In this document: positions 21,481 to 30,177 of the stretch, in pieces | How positions within the stretch are numbered: the first letter of the stretch is position 1 | Layout: each line of letters starts with the position of its first letter | DNA from: Bradyrhizobium sp. | GTDB lineage: Bacteria; Pseudomonadota; Alphaproteobacteria; Rhizobiales; Xanthobacteraceae | Direction: 5' to 3' | DNA: 64,000 nucleotides | Assembly: GCF_028868675.1 (NCBI RefSeq) | Contig: NZ_JAGWUA010000002.1 | Location: forward strand, 600-64,599 | Program-made: the position numbers and the translations under genes | The notes under the pieces: model-generated | The model's database searches: none | What the model was told of the DNA's origin: nothing | What the model saw: only the letters and a program-made list of their open reading frames with translations

Positions 21481-22461
21481 CTATGCGAGCGTGGCGCCTG
21501 CATGGGCGGCAAGGCGGCCGGCTGCCTCGGTCGCCATTTTCTCGATGATGTCGGAGGCCGGCTCGATCGCGCCGATGAGTCCCGCGGCCTCGCCGAACCA
21601 GACGGCGGCATTGTCCGGATCGCCCTCCGCGAAGGCTTGCCGGTAGCGGGGGCCCTCGACGGCCGCGCTCTGCTCCAGCAAGTCCTCGCGACCGTGCCAG
21701 CGCGCGGTGAAGGCGTTGCGGCGAACCCTGGCCGTGAAACCGCGCGGCCAGGGAATCTGGCGCGCAATGTCGACGATGGTCGTTCGGATGGTCTCGTCGC
21801 CGCTCGCTTCGACGATCGCCTCGTGATGCCGGCGATGCACCAGCGCCTCCGCGGACGCCCACAGGCGCGTCCCGACCAGCACGCCCTCGGCTCCGAGCAT
21901 CAGCGCGGCGGCAAGCCCCCTGCCATCGGCGATGCCGCCTGCCGCGACCAGCAGGGCGTCGGGCGCATGGGCGGCGAGCAGATCGGCCGCTTCCGGCACG
22001 AATGAGAGTGCCCCTCGCAGGGCCCCGTGCCCGCCTGCCTCTGCATTCTGCGCGACGATGATGTCCGCGCCGACGTCGATCGCATCCCACACATGGTCGA
22101 TGGTCTGGCACTGGCATATCACCAGCGCGCCGGCGTTTCTGATCTCGGCGACGAAGGGCCGGGGATCGCCAAAGGACAGCATCACCGCCACCGGCTTGCG
22201 CCTGAGGACGTCGGTGAGCAGCGACGGAGATTTTCGCAGGGACCACGTGATGAAGCCGACGCCGACGCGTTGGCCGGCGGCGACGTCGAACTGCTCGTCC
22301 AGCCACGTCGAATCGCCGTAACCGCCTCCGATGAGGCCGAGGCCGCCGGCCGCACTGACGGCGGCCGCCAGGGCGCCGCCGGCGGCGAAGGCCATGGGCG
22401 CGGAAATGATGGGATGGCGAATGTTCAGCGTGCGGGTCAGTCGGTTCGTGATGACAGCCAT
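21481..22461 (-). CDS. Nitronate monooxygenase/FabK-like FMN protein
   Basis: PIISAPMA, EAGGHG, VAAGGIADGRG, GVLVGTR. Confidence 0.85.
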   Translation of the reverse strand: MAVITNRLTRTLNIRHPIISAPMAFAAGGALAAAVSAAGGLGLIGGGYGDSTWLDEQFDVAAGQRVGVGFITWSLRKSPSLLTDVLRRKPVAVMLSFGDPRPFVAEIRNAGALVICQCQTIDHVWDAIDVGADIIVAQNAEAGGHGALRGALSFVPEAADLLAAHAPDALLVAAGGIADGRGLAAALMLGAEGVLVGTRLWASAEALVHRRHHEAIVEASGDETIRTTIVDIARQIPWPRGFTARVRRNAFTARWHGREDLLEQSAAVEGPRYRQAFAEGDPDNAAVWFGEAAGLIGAIEPASDIIEKMATEAAGRLAAHAGATLA

Positions 22462-22663
22462 GGTCGGGGCCTCCAGACGCGGCGATCAGGCCACCGATCC
22501 TGCATCCGCACAAATGAATTGTCCTGATGGACCATTCTCAATGAGAGAACGTGCGACCTTCCCGTTCCTTGGCAATTTCAGTGTGAGAGGGGGCAATCCC
22601 CGGGCTGGGGCCGACGAGGCCCATTCTTGCCTTTACCTCTGGGCCGGAGCCCTTTATTAGAAC

Positions 22664-22679
22664 AATCAAATATTTGAAT
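22664..22679. promoter_or_regulatory. Putative SqrR-like operator (autoregulatory)
   Basis: AATC-AAATATTT-GAAT, 16 nt upstream of the ArsR gene start; 1 mismatch to ATTC-N8-GAAT. Confidence 0.6.
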
Positions 22680-22695
22680 TTGAAAGGCAAACCGG

Positions 22696-23043
22696 ATGGC
22701 CCTGCCGAAGATCAAGATTGTCGACTCGTCCCTCGACGTCGACAAGATGGCCGGCAACGCCCACCTGGCGAGCGAGTTCCTCAAGGCGCTCGCTCACGAA
22801 TCCCGCCTTCTCATCCTCTGCCTGCTGACCGAAGGGGAGAAGACGGTGGGCGAGCTCGAGGAGCTGGTCTCGCGGCGGCAATCCACCGTCTCGCAGCAAC
22901 TGGCGCGGCTGCGGCTCGACGGCCTGGTCTCCGCGCGCCGCGAGGGAACGACGATCTATTACCGTCTCGCCGACGGGAAGGTTCAGGTCGTGCTGGAGGC
23001 GCTCTACAAGGTCTTTTGCGGCAGCCGGGCCGGCCGACGTTAG
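22696..23043 (+). CDS. ArsR/SmtB repressor of SqrR/BigR type (persulfide sensor)
   Basis: FLKALAHESRLLILCLL, SQQLARLR, IYYRL, LYKVFC; one Cys in the helix-2 region and one near the C-terminus. Confidence 0.85.
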   Translation: MALPKIKIVDSSLDVDKMAGNAHLASEFLKALAHESRLLILCLLTEGEKTVGELEELVSRRQSTVSQQLARLRLDGLVSARREGTTIYYRLADGKVQVVLEALYKVFCGSRAGRR

Positions 23044-23098
23044 TCCGGCGCGCGAATTCGCGATCCGCCGCGGACCGGGAGCGGCATGACCCGCCGGA

Positions 23099-23326
23099 TC
23101 AGCCGGTGTGCCGGATCAGGAAGCGATAGACGCCGCCGTCGGCCGCCGATTCTACGAGCTCGTTGCCTGTCGTCTTGCAGAAGGCGGCGAAATCCGCGAC
23201 CGAGCCGGGGTCGGTCGACAGCACCTCGAGCGTGCCGCCCGCCGGAACGTCCTTCAACGTCTTCTTCGCGCGCAAGATCGGGAGCGGGCAGTTGAGACCC
23301 TTTGCGTCGAGTGTCTTGTCGGCCAT
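23099..23326 (-). CDS. tusA: TusA-family sulfur carrier
   Basis: LDAKGLNCPLPIL, TDPGSVADF. Confidence 0.93.
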   Translation of the reverse strand: MADKTLDAKGLNCPLPILRAKKTLKDVPAGGTLEVLSTDPGSVADFAAFCKTTGNELVESAADGGVYRFLIRHTG

Positions 23327-23383
23327 TGGCGGTTCCTGCTGTCGGATCGTCGGATGGTTGAAGGTTGGGCTGGTCGTCGAGCG

Positions 23384-23890
23384 TCAGATGAAGAGGTTGA
23401 TGTCCGATTTCAGCGCTTTCTCCATGTAGGTCGCGGCACCGCCGAGCGAAAGATTGTCGATCATGTCCTCGGTCTTGAACTCGAACAGGTCCATCGTCAT
23501 CTGACAGGCGATCAGCTTGATCTCGGATTCGATCGCGGCCTCCCGCAGCTCCTCGATCGAGGCGACGCCCTTCTTCTTGATCATGTTCTTCATCATCAGC
23601 GAGGCGCCGGCATCGACGCCGGGCAGCATGGCGACGATGTTGGGCATGCCCATGTGCATGCCCATCATCGGCATCTTCATCGCGGGATTGCCGAGCGCCG
23701 AGACCTGCAGATCGAGCTTCTTCTTCAGCAGCGACAGCCCGTAGAACGTGAAGAACATGGTCACATCGACGCCCATGGCGGCGGCCGTCGTGCCGAGGAT
23801 GAAGGGCGGATAGGCCCAGTCGAGCGTGCCCTTGGTGACGATGATCGTCATCGTCTTGGCGTTGGCGCTGCCCATTGCTGCGTCAGACAT
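23384..23890 (-). CDS. dsrE2: DsrE2-family sulfur carrier
   Basis: IIVTKGTLDWAYPPFIL, FFTFYGL, IACQMTMDLF. Confidence 0.9.
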   Translation of the reverse strand: MSDAAMGSANAKTMTIIVTKGTLDWAYPPFILGTTAAAMGVDVTMFFTFYGLSLLKKKLDLQVSALGNPAMKMPMMGMHMGMPNIVAMLPGVDAGASLMMKNMIKKKGVASIEELREAAIESEIKLIACQMTMDLFEFKTEDMIDNLSLGGAATYMEKALKSDINLFI

Positions 23891-23931
23891 TCTATTCTCC
23901 GGATCGTTCGATGGCGGACGTCAAGGGGCGT

Positions 23932-25215
23932 TCAGCCGGTGGAGACCTTCTTCAGCTTGGCGATGCCGAGCATGCCAAGCGCGGCCGTTTCGTAGAACGG
24001 CTCGCTGGAGCCCTTGCGCATCTTGCGCAGGAAGTACTTCTCGAAGCCGATCTTGGCGGCATGGACCCATTTTCCGGACGACGACCAGTTGATGTTGCGC
24101 GGCGGAATCTGGGGCTGGGCGACGAAGGCGATGCCCGAATCGCCGAAGTCGGCGAGACAGACCGCGTTCCATGTGCCCTGGTGGGTCGGTTCCTTGCCGC
24201 GCAGCAACTGGCCGATGTTCATCGCCGTCGCGGTCACCATGGACTCGATCATGAAGCCGGTCTTCGGCACGCCGCACGGCACCGGCGTGGGGCCGACCGG
24301 GGGAATGGCGACGCAGACGCCGACCGAGAAGACGTTCTTGAACTTCGGATTGCGCTGATGCTTGTCGACCAGAACGAACCCGCGCGGGTTGACCAGGCCG
24401 TCGATGCCGCGCAGCGGGGCGATGCCGCGGAACGCCGGCAGCATCATCGAGAAACCGAACGGAATCTCGCTGGTACCCTTGACGGAGCCGTCCTCGGCGA
24501 TCTCCTCGATCGTCATCTTGCCGTCATCGACGCGTTTCACGCGCGAGTTGGTCATCCATTTGATGTGATGCTCGCGCATCTCGCTCTCGAGGATGCCCTT
24601 GGTGTCGCCGACGCCGTCGAGGCCGAGATGGCCCACATACGGCTCCGCCGTCACGAACGTCATCGGGACGCGATCCCTGATCTTGCGGCGACGCAGCTCG
24701 GTGTCGAGGATGAACGTGAATTCGTAGGCGGGCCCGAAGCATGACGCGCCCTGGACCGCGCCGACCACGATGGGTTTCGGGTTGGCGCAGAACGCCTCGA
24801 AATTCGCGGCCGCCTTCTCCGCGTGGTCGATGTGGCAGATGGAATTGGTGAATCCGTTCGGACCCAGGCCCTCGATCTCGTCGAAGGCGAGCTCGGGCCC
24901 GGTTGCGATGACCAGATAGTCGTAGCGCAGCGTCGAGCCGTCCTCGAGCTGGAGCCGGTTCTCGTCCGGCATGACCTTGCTGACCGGAACCGCCTTGAAC
25001 GCGATGCCGCGCCTCGCGAAGGTCGGCGCCAGATCGACCTCGATCGACTCGCGCGTGCGCCAGTTGACCGCGACCCAGGGGTTGGAAGGAACGAAATGAT
25101 AGACGGGATCCTTCGTGACGACCGTGAGCTTGTCCTCCGGTCGCATCTGATCCTTCATCTCGTAAGCCATGATGACGCCGCCAAGCCCCGCGCCCATGAT
25201 GACGATTTCCGCCAC
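23932..25215 (-). CDS. sqr: Sulfide:quinone oxidoreductase (type I/SqrA-like)
   Basis: GAGLGG, FVPSNPW, NSICHIDHA, GASCFGPAYE, GVPKTGFMIESM, VCLADFGD; GTG start with GGAGG RBS. Confidence 0.93.
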   Translation of the reverse strand: MAEIVIMGAGLGGVIMAYEMKDQMRPEDKLTVVTKDPVYHFVPSNPWVAVNWRTRESIEVDLAPTFARRGIAFKAVPVSKVMPDENRLQLEDGSTLRYDYLVIATGPELAFDEIEGLGPNGFTNSICHIDHAEKAAANFEAFCANPKPIVVGAVQGASCFGPAYEFTFILDTELRRRKIRDRVPMTFVTAEPYVGHLGLDGVGDTKGILESEMREHHIKWMTNSRVKRVDDGKMTIEEIAEDGSVKGTSEIPFGFSMMLPAFRGIAPLRGIDGLVNPRGFVLVDKHQRNPKFKNVFSVGVCVAIPPVGPTPVPCGVPKTGFMIESMVTATAMNIGQLLRGKEPTHQGTWNAVCLADFGDSGIAFVAQPQIPPRNINWSSSGKWVHAAKIGFEKYFLRKMRKGSSEPFYETAALGMLGIAKLKKVSTG

Positions 25216-25271
25216 GGCCGTCCCTCCATGTTTGGCAGGCGGGTATGACAACCTCGCCCGTTCTTTATATT

Positions 25272-25287
25272 ATCAGTATATTCGACT
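25272..25287. promoter_or_regulatory. Degenerate SqrR-like operator between sqr and the DsrC paralog
   Basis: ATCAGTATATTCGACT, 11/16 identical to the site upstream of dsrA, within an AT-rich patch. Confidence 0.4.
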
Positions 25288-25349
25288 ATTCAGATTTGTC
25301 TAATCATCTCTGATTGGATTGTCGCGCGCGCAAATGGGAACGATGTGCA

Positions 25350-25658
25350 ATGGCTGGCGAAGTCGATGCGGACGGATATCTCGTTGATCCCGCTGATTGG
25401 ACGGAAGAGTGGGCGATCGCCACTGCGCGCGCCGCGCAGCTCGAGCTGACGCCCGAGCACTGGGCCGCGATCCGCTTCATGCGCGCGTTCCTGGAGCTTC
25501 ATCAGGTCGCTCCCGACGCGCGGTTCGTCATGCGCCATCTGAGCGAGACGAGCGGAGCGCCGCGCAATCGTCTGTTCGAGCTGTTTCCCTACGGCTATCC
25601 CGGCCAGGCCTGCAAGATTGCGGGCATGCGGCGGCCACGCGCCTGGAGCACCGGCTGA
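25350..25658 (+). CDS. DsrC/TusE-family paralog lacking the C-terminal Cys
   Basis: DADGYLVDP..W, LTPEHW, LFPYG..QACKIAGMRRPRAWSTG. Confidence 0.85.
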   Translation: MAGEVDADGYLVDPADWTEEWAIATARAAQLELTPEHWAAIRFMRAFLELHQVAPDARFVMRHLSETSGAPRNRLFELFPYGYPGQACKIAGMRRPRAWSTG

Positions 25659-25683
25659 TCCGGCGCGGCGTGCGCGCAGGCGT

Positions 25684-25896
25684 TCAGGTCTTGGTCTGCG
25701 CAGCCGCCCAGTCGCCCATCGATCGCGCCCAGCGTGCGGCCGTTGGCGCGTCGAGTTCGAGAATGGTGTAGCGGCTGCCTTCGCGGATGGTGACGCGCAG
25801 GAGCCGCATGCCGCTCTCGAAGTCGACCTCCGCGAGCCAGATCTCACGGCCGTAGGGTGCCGCAATGGTGTCGATCCGCGTGTTCGCCGTCGTCAT
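25684..25896 (-). CDS. Small hypothetical protein (70 aa)
   Basis: PYGREIWL.EVDFESGMRLLRVTIREGSRYTILELD; 4-bp overlap with the upstream ORF. Confidence 0.7.
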   Translation of the reverse strand: MTTANTRIDTIAAPYGREIWLAEVDFESGMRLLRVTIREGSRYTILELDAPTAARWARSMGDWAAAQTKT

Positions 25897-26093
25897 TTTG
25901 CGGTCCGCTCTCCGCGATAGAAGGCAAGCTCGAGGATAGCCTCCCATTTGCGCGGTGTGTCCGGAAACTCTGGCTTGATATCGAAGTAGAGATGGATCTC
26001 GCCGCGGCGCGCGGCCTGCACCACGAGATCCTCGAGCTGGTCGAACGTCGTAATGTCCGGGTGGGCGATGAGGAGATCGCTGATCTGGGCCAT
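25893..26093 (-). CDS. Small hypothetical protein (66 aa)
   Basis: ISDLLIAHPDITTFDQL...DIKPEFPDTPRKWE; operonic behind the TauD-like gene. Confidence 0.7.
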   Translation of the reverse strand: MAQISDLLIAHPDITTFDQLEDLVVQAARRGEIHLYFDIKPEFPDTPRKWEAILELAFYRGERTAK

Positions 26094-26100
26094 TGCTGTC

Positions 26101-27033
26101 TCAATCCTCCGATCGGCCGATGCGGCCATGGTAGCGAATTCTGTAGAGCAGGCGGCCGCCGGTCGCGGCGGAGCGGAAGGCGCTCCGGTCGTGCAGGACG
26201 TTGTTGCAGATCAATCCCTGGCCCGGCGACATCCTGGTGCGCAGCACGAGGGGATCGGTGCCCAGGATCCGCTCGAGCGCGGCGACGGCCCTTCTGGTCG
26301 GCTCGTCGTTGCGCCACACGATGTTGCGCTTGCGGGCCGTGTAGCGCATGCCGAGCGTGCCGCCGGGCTGCACGAAGAACACCGGCCCAACATTGACCGG
26401 CCGGATGGTACCGTTTGCCTCGGCATTCTCCGGAATGCTCATGGCGGACGAATGCATCAGCGCGACGATATGCGCCGGGTCCTCGTCGCGCAGCCTGATA
26501 TAGGCGATCTCGGGGTCGAGCAGCCGGTTTTCTCCGCCGTGCTCGGCGCCTTGCGCGCAATGCAGCAGCATCGCCTGCACCGAACGGCCGGCACCGTGAA
26601 AGTTGTAATAGCCGTCGGTGTGCCAGGCGATGGCCCGATCTGTGTAGGGAATATAGCCGTAGCGTTCGCCGCCCTGGACCGCCTCGATGCGCACGACGCC
26701 GTCGGCCTCGGCCGATCGATGATCCTCGATCGCGCGCAGGCCGAAGGTCGCGCCGAACGAAAGCAGGCTCGCTCGCACCGACGCTTCGTCGTCGTCGATG
26801 TGGCCGAATGCATAGACGGCCATGTTGGCCCGATCGCAAGAAGCTGCGATTGCGTCGCGTTCTCTCGTGCTCACGCGCCGCGGGTCACGGATCTCGACGG
26901 CGATGTCTTCGACCCGCGCGGGATACCGGAGGAGCTTGATGTCGCGCCATCGCCGGTAACTGCTGTCGTCCGCGAGATTCAACGGGCCCGCATGCGTCTG
27001 GAATTCTTCTTCCGATTCTGCGGCCGCAGCCAT
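26101..27033 (-). CDS. TauD/TfdA-like Fe(II)/2-oxoglutarate oxygenase
   Basis: WHTDGYYN (HxD), LLHC, NNVLHDR, RLLYRIRY. Confidence 0.85.
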   Translation of the reverse strand: MAAAAESEEEFQTHAGPLNLADDSSYRRWRDIKLLRYPARVEDIAVEIRDPRRVSTRERDAIAASCDRANMAVYAFGHIDDDEASVRASLLSFGATFGLRAIEDHRSAEADGVVRIEAVQGGERYGYIPYTDRAIAWHTDGYYNFHGAGRSVQAMLLHCAQGAEHGGENRLLDPEIAYIRLRDEDPAHIVALMHSSAMSIPENAEANGTIRPVNVGPVFFVQPGGTLGMRYTARKRNIVWRNDEPTRRAVAALERILGTDPLVLRTRMSPGQGLICNNVLHDRSAFRSAATGGRLLYRIRYHGRIGRSED

Positions 27034-27070
27034 GCCTTGTGTCCTCGCTCGCGCCGAAGTCAGTTGATTG

Positions 27071-27110
27071 CTTGACCGCGGTTGCGAGTCATGTATTCTA
27101 ATATTCGAAT
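27071..27110 (+). promoter_or_regulatory. Putative dsrA sigma70 promoter with overlapping SqrR-type operator
   Basis: CTTGAC(27071)-N17-TATTCT; ATTC-TAATATTC-GAAT at 27095-27110. Confidence 0.7.
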
Positions 27111-27229
27111 TTAGTGGTATTCTGACTCAGCCACGCGAAAAAGCAAACGGCCGAGTGCGCGAGAGCGAAAGTCTCCGCGGGTCGGCAGGGAATGGAAACG
27201 GTCGCCGCGCAACAGCGGGAGGGCAGTCT

Positions 27230-28540
27230 ATGTCCGACGAAGACAAACACGGCCAGGCATCTTCCGGCGAACCGCCGGCAGCGCGTCATTCGACGCCGAT
27301 GCTGGATCAGCTCGAAGCGGGGCCGTGGCCGAGTTTCGTCACCGGGCTGAAGCGGCTGCGCGACGCCGGCGACAAGGCGTATGCGCCGATGATGAACGAC
27401 CTGCTCGGCCAGCTCGAACATTCCTACGAGAACCGGACCGGCTACTGGAAGGGCGGCACCGTCTCGGTGTTCGGCTATGGAGGCGGCGTCATTCCCCGCT
27501 TCTCGGAAGTCGCCGACAAATTCCCGCAATCGAAGGAGTTCCATACGCTGCGTGTGCAGCCGCCCGCCGGCTATCACTACACGACCGACCTGCTGCGTCA
27601 GCTCTGCGACATCTGGGAGAAGTACGGCTCGGGGCTGATCGCCCTGCACGGCCAGAGCGGCGACATCATGTTCCAGGGCTGCTCGACGGAGAACGTCCAG
27701 AAGGCGTTCGACGAGTTCAACGAGATCGGCTTCGATCTCGGCGGCGCCGGTCCGGCGTTGCGGACCTCGACGAGCTGCGTCGGCCACGCGCGATGCGAGA
27801 AGTCCTGCTACGACGAGGTGAGGGCGCACCGTTCCGTCATCAACGAATTCCTCGACGAGATGCATCGGCCGGCGCTGCCGTATAAATTCAAATTCAAGTT
27901 CTCCGGCTGCGGCAACGACTGCGTCAACGCCATCCATCGCGCCGACTTCGCCGTGATCGGCACCTGGCGCGACGACATGAAGGTCGACCAGGAAGAAGTG
28001 AAGAAATACGTCGCCAAGGCAGGCCGCAAATACACCATCGACCACGTCATCGCGATGTGTCCGACGCGCGCCCTGAGCCTGAACGACGACGACACGCTGG
28101 ATGTCGACAACAAGTCGTGTGTGCGCTGCATGCACTGCCTGAACGTCATGAACAAGGCGCTTTCGCCCGGCGACGACCGCGGCGCGTCGATCCTGATCGG
28201 CGGCAAGCGCTCGCTCAAGATCGGCGATCTCATGGGCACGATGATCGTGCCGTTCATCAAGCTCGAGACCGACGAGGACTATCAGAGGCTGATCGAGTTC
28301 GGGCGCCGGCTGATCGACTTCTTCGCCGAGAACGCGCTCGAGCACGAACGCATCGGCGAGACCATGGATCGCATCGGGCTGCCTGCGTTCCTCGAAGCGA
28401 TCGGCGTCGACCCCGATCCCAACATGGTGAACCATCCGCGGACCTCGTCGTTCGTCCGCACCGACGACTTCACCGTCGAGGCCGAGAAGTATTTCGAACG
28501 CAAGGCCCGCGAGGCGGGCCTCAACGTCGCCGCGGACTGA
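27230..28540 (+). CDS. dsrA: Dissimilatory sulfite reductase alpha subunit (oxidative type)
   Basis: GPWPSFVTGLK, YWKGG, CVGHARCE, FKFKFSGCGNDC, CVRCMHC. Confidence 0.98.
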   Translation: MSDEDKHGQASSGEPPAARHSTPMLDQLEAGPWPSFVTGLKRLRDAGDKAYAPMMNDLLGQLEHSYENRTGYWKGGTVSVFGYGGGVIPRFSEVADKFPQSKEFHTLRVQPPAGYHYTTDLLRQLCDIWEKYGSGLIALHGQSGDIMFQGCSTENVQKAFDEFNEIGFDLGGAGPALRTSTSCVGHARCEKSCYDEVRAHRSVINEFLDEMHRPALPYKFKFKFSGCGNDCVNAIHRADFAVIGTWRDDMKVDQEEVKKYVAKAGRKYTIDHVIAMCPTRALSLNDDDTLDVDNKSCVRCMHCLNVMNKALSPGDDRGASILIGGKRSLKIGDLMGTMIVPFIKLETDEDYQRLIEFGRRLIDFFAENALEHERIGETMDRIGLPAFLEAIGVDPDPNMVNHPRTSSFVRTDDFTVEAEKYFERKAREAGLNVAAD

Positions 28541-28628
28541 TCGCGCCGGGTATTGGCTCCGCGGCCGGACCGGACCGGCCGCGGACGCCACCCGACAACG
28601 GGAAGGGATCGTGAGGAGTGTCGCCAAC

Positions 28629-29708
28629 ATGAACAGCACCGTTCAGCCGCGCCGTCCCGTCGAGACGGGGGTGCCGGATCCGTTCCCCTACATGCATCCG
28701 CTCATGCGCAAGAACTACGGCGCCTGGGCTTGGCACGATCGCCTGCGCCCCGGCGTGCTCCACCACGTCGCCAAGAGCGGCGACCAGATCTGGACGGTGC
28801 GTGCCGGCACCCAGCGCCAGATGGACGTGTTTACGATCCGCAAGCTCTGCGACATCGGCGACAAATATGCGGAAGGCCACGTCCGCTTCACGACGCGCAG
28901 CAACATCGAGTTCATGGTGAGTTCGGTCGACAAGGTGCAGCCCCTGATCGATGCGCTGAACGCGGCCGGCTTTCCGGTGGGCGGTACGGGCAACTCCGTC
29001 TCGATGATCTCGCATACGCAGGGCTGGCTGCACTGCGACATTCCGGGCACCGACGCCTCCGGCGTCGTCAAGAGCCTGATGGACATGATGCATCACGAGT
29101 TCACGCACGAGGAGATGCCGAACCGGGTGCGCATCACCACGTCGTGCTGCCAGATCAACTGCGGCGGCCAGGGCGACATCTCGATCAACGTCCAGTACAC
29201 CAAGCCGCCGAAGATCAATCACGATCTCGTCTCGAAGGTCTGCGAGCGCCCCGCGGTGGTGGCGCGATGCCCGGTGGCGGCGATTCGTCCGGCGCTGGTC
29301 GACGGCAAGCCGTCGCTCGAAGTCGACGAGAAGAAATGCGTCTGCTGCGGTGCCTGCTATCCGCCGTGCCCGCCGATGCAGATCAACGGCGCCGACTCCA
29401 CCAAGATCGCGGTGTGGGTGGGCGGCAAGCATTCCAACGCCCGCTCCAAGCCGACGTTCCACAAGCTCGTCGTCGCCAACCTGCCGAACAATCCGCCCCG
29501 CTGGCCGGAGGTCACGGAAGTCGTTCGCAAGATTCTCTATGCCTACAAGGAGAATGGCCGCGATTTCGAGCGCCTCGGCGAGTGGATCGAGAGGATCGGC
29601 TGGCCGCGGTTCTTCGAGCTGACGGGCTTTGCCTTCACCAAGCACCACCTCGATACGTGGACTGGTGCTCGAAAAACCATGAACATGTCGGCACACGTGC
29701 ACTTCTGA
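28629..29708 (+). CDS. dsrB: Dissimilatory sulfite reductase beta subunit
   Basis: HTQGWLHCD, TSCCQINCGG, CVCCGAC, NNPPRWPE, ERLGEWIERIGW. Confidence 0.98.
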   Translation: MNSTVQPRRPVETGVPDPFPYMHPLMRKNYGAWAWHDRLRPGVLHHVAKSGDQIWTVRAGTQRQMDVFTIRKLCDIGDKYAEGHVRFTTRSNIEFMVSSVDKVQPLIDALNAAGFPVGGTGNSVSMISHTQGWLHCDIPGTDASGVVKSLMDMMHHEFTHEEMPNRVRITTSCCQINCGGQGDISINVQYTKPPKINHDLVSKVCERPAVVARCPVAAIRPALVDGKPSLEVDEKKCVCCGACYPPCPPMQINGADSTKIAVWVGGKHSNARSKPTFHKLVVANLPNNPPRWPEVTEVVRKILYAYKENGRDFERLGEWIERIGWPRFFELTGFAFTKHHLDTWTGARKTMNMSAHVHF

Positions 29709-29774
29709 GCCGCTCATGGCGCCTTTGACGCCGTCGAAGGCCACTCCCGCCACAGGCCAAGAGGAGATCGCGAC

Positions 29775-30167
29775 TTGCGCTTCGGAATCGTCGTCAACGA
29801 GGGGCCTTATACCCGCCAGGCGTCGGACTCGGCCTATCTGTTCGCCAAGGCGGCGTTGGCGAAGGGGCACGAGATCTTCCGCGTCTTCTTCTATCACGAC
29901 GGCGTCAACAACGGGACGCGGTTCACGGTGCCGCCGCAGGACGACCGCAACCTGCAGCGGTTGTGGAGCGAGCTCGCGGAGACGCACAAGCTCGATCTCG
30001 TGGTGTGCATCGCGGCGGCGCAGCGCCGCGGCATACTCGACGCCAATGAGGCGAAACGGCAGGGCAAGGACGGCGACAACATCGCGCCCGGCTTTCGCAT
30101 CTCGGGTCTTGGACAACTGATCGAGGCGGGCATCCAGGCCGATCGCCTGGTCGTTTTCGGCGATTGA
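29775..30167 (+). CDS. dsrE: DsrE sulfurtransferase subunit
   Basis: TTG start after GAGGAG; FFYHDGV, VCIAAAQRRG, GFRISGLGQL. Confidence 0.95.
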   Translation: MRFGIVVNEGPYTRQASDSAYLFAKAALAKGHEIFRVFFYHDGVNNGTRFTVPPQDDRNLQRLWSELAETHKLDLVVCIAAAQRRGILDANEAKRQGKDGDNIAPGFRISGLGQLIEAGIQADRLVVFGD

Positions 30168-30177
30168 GGAATGCGCG

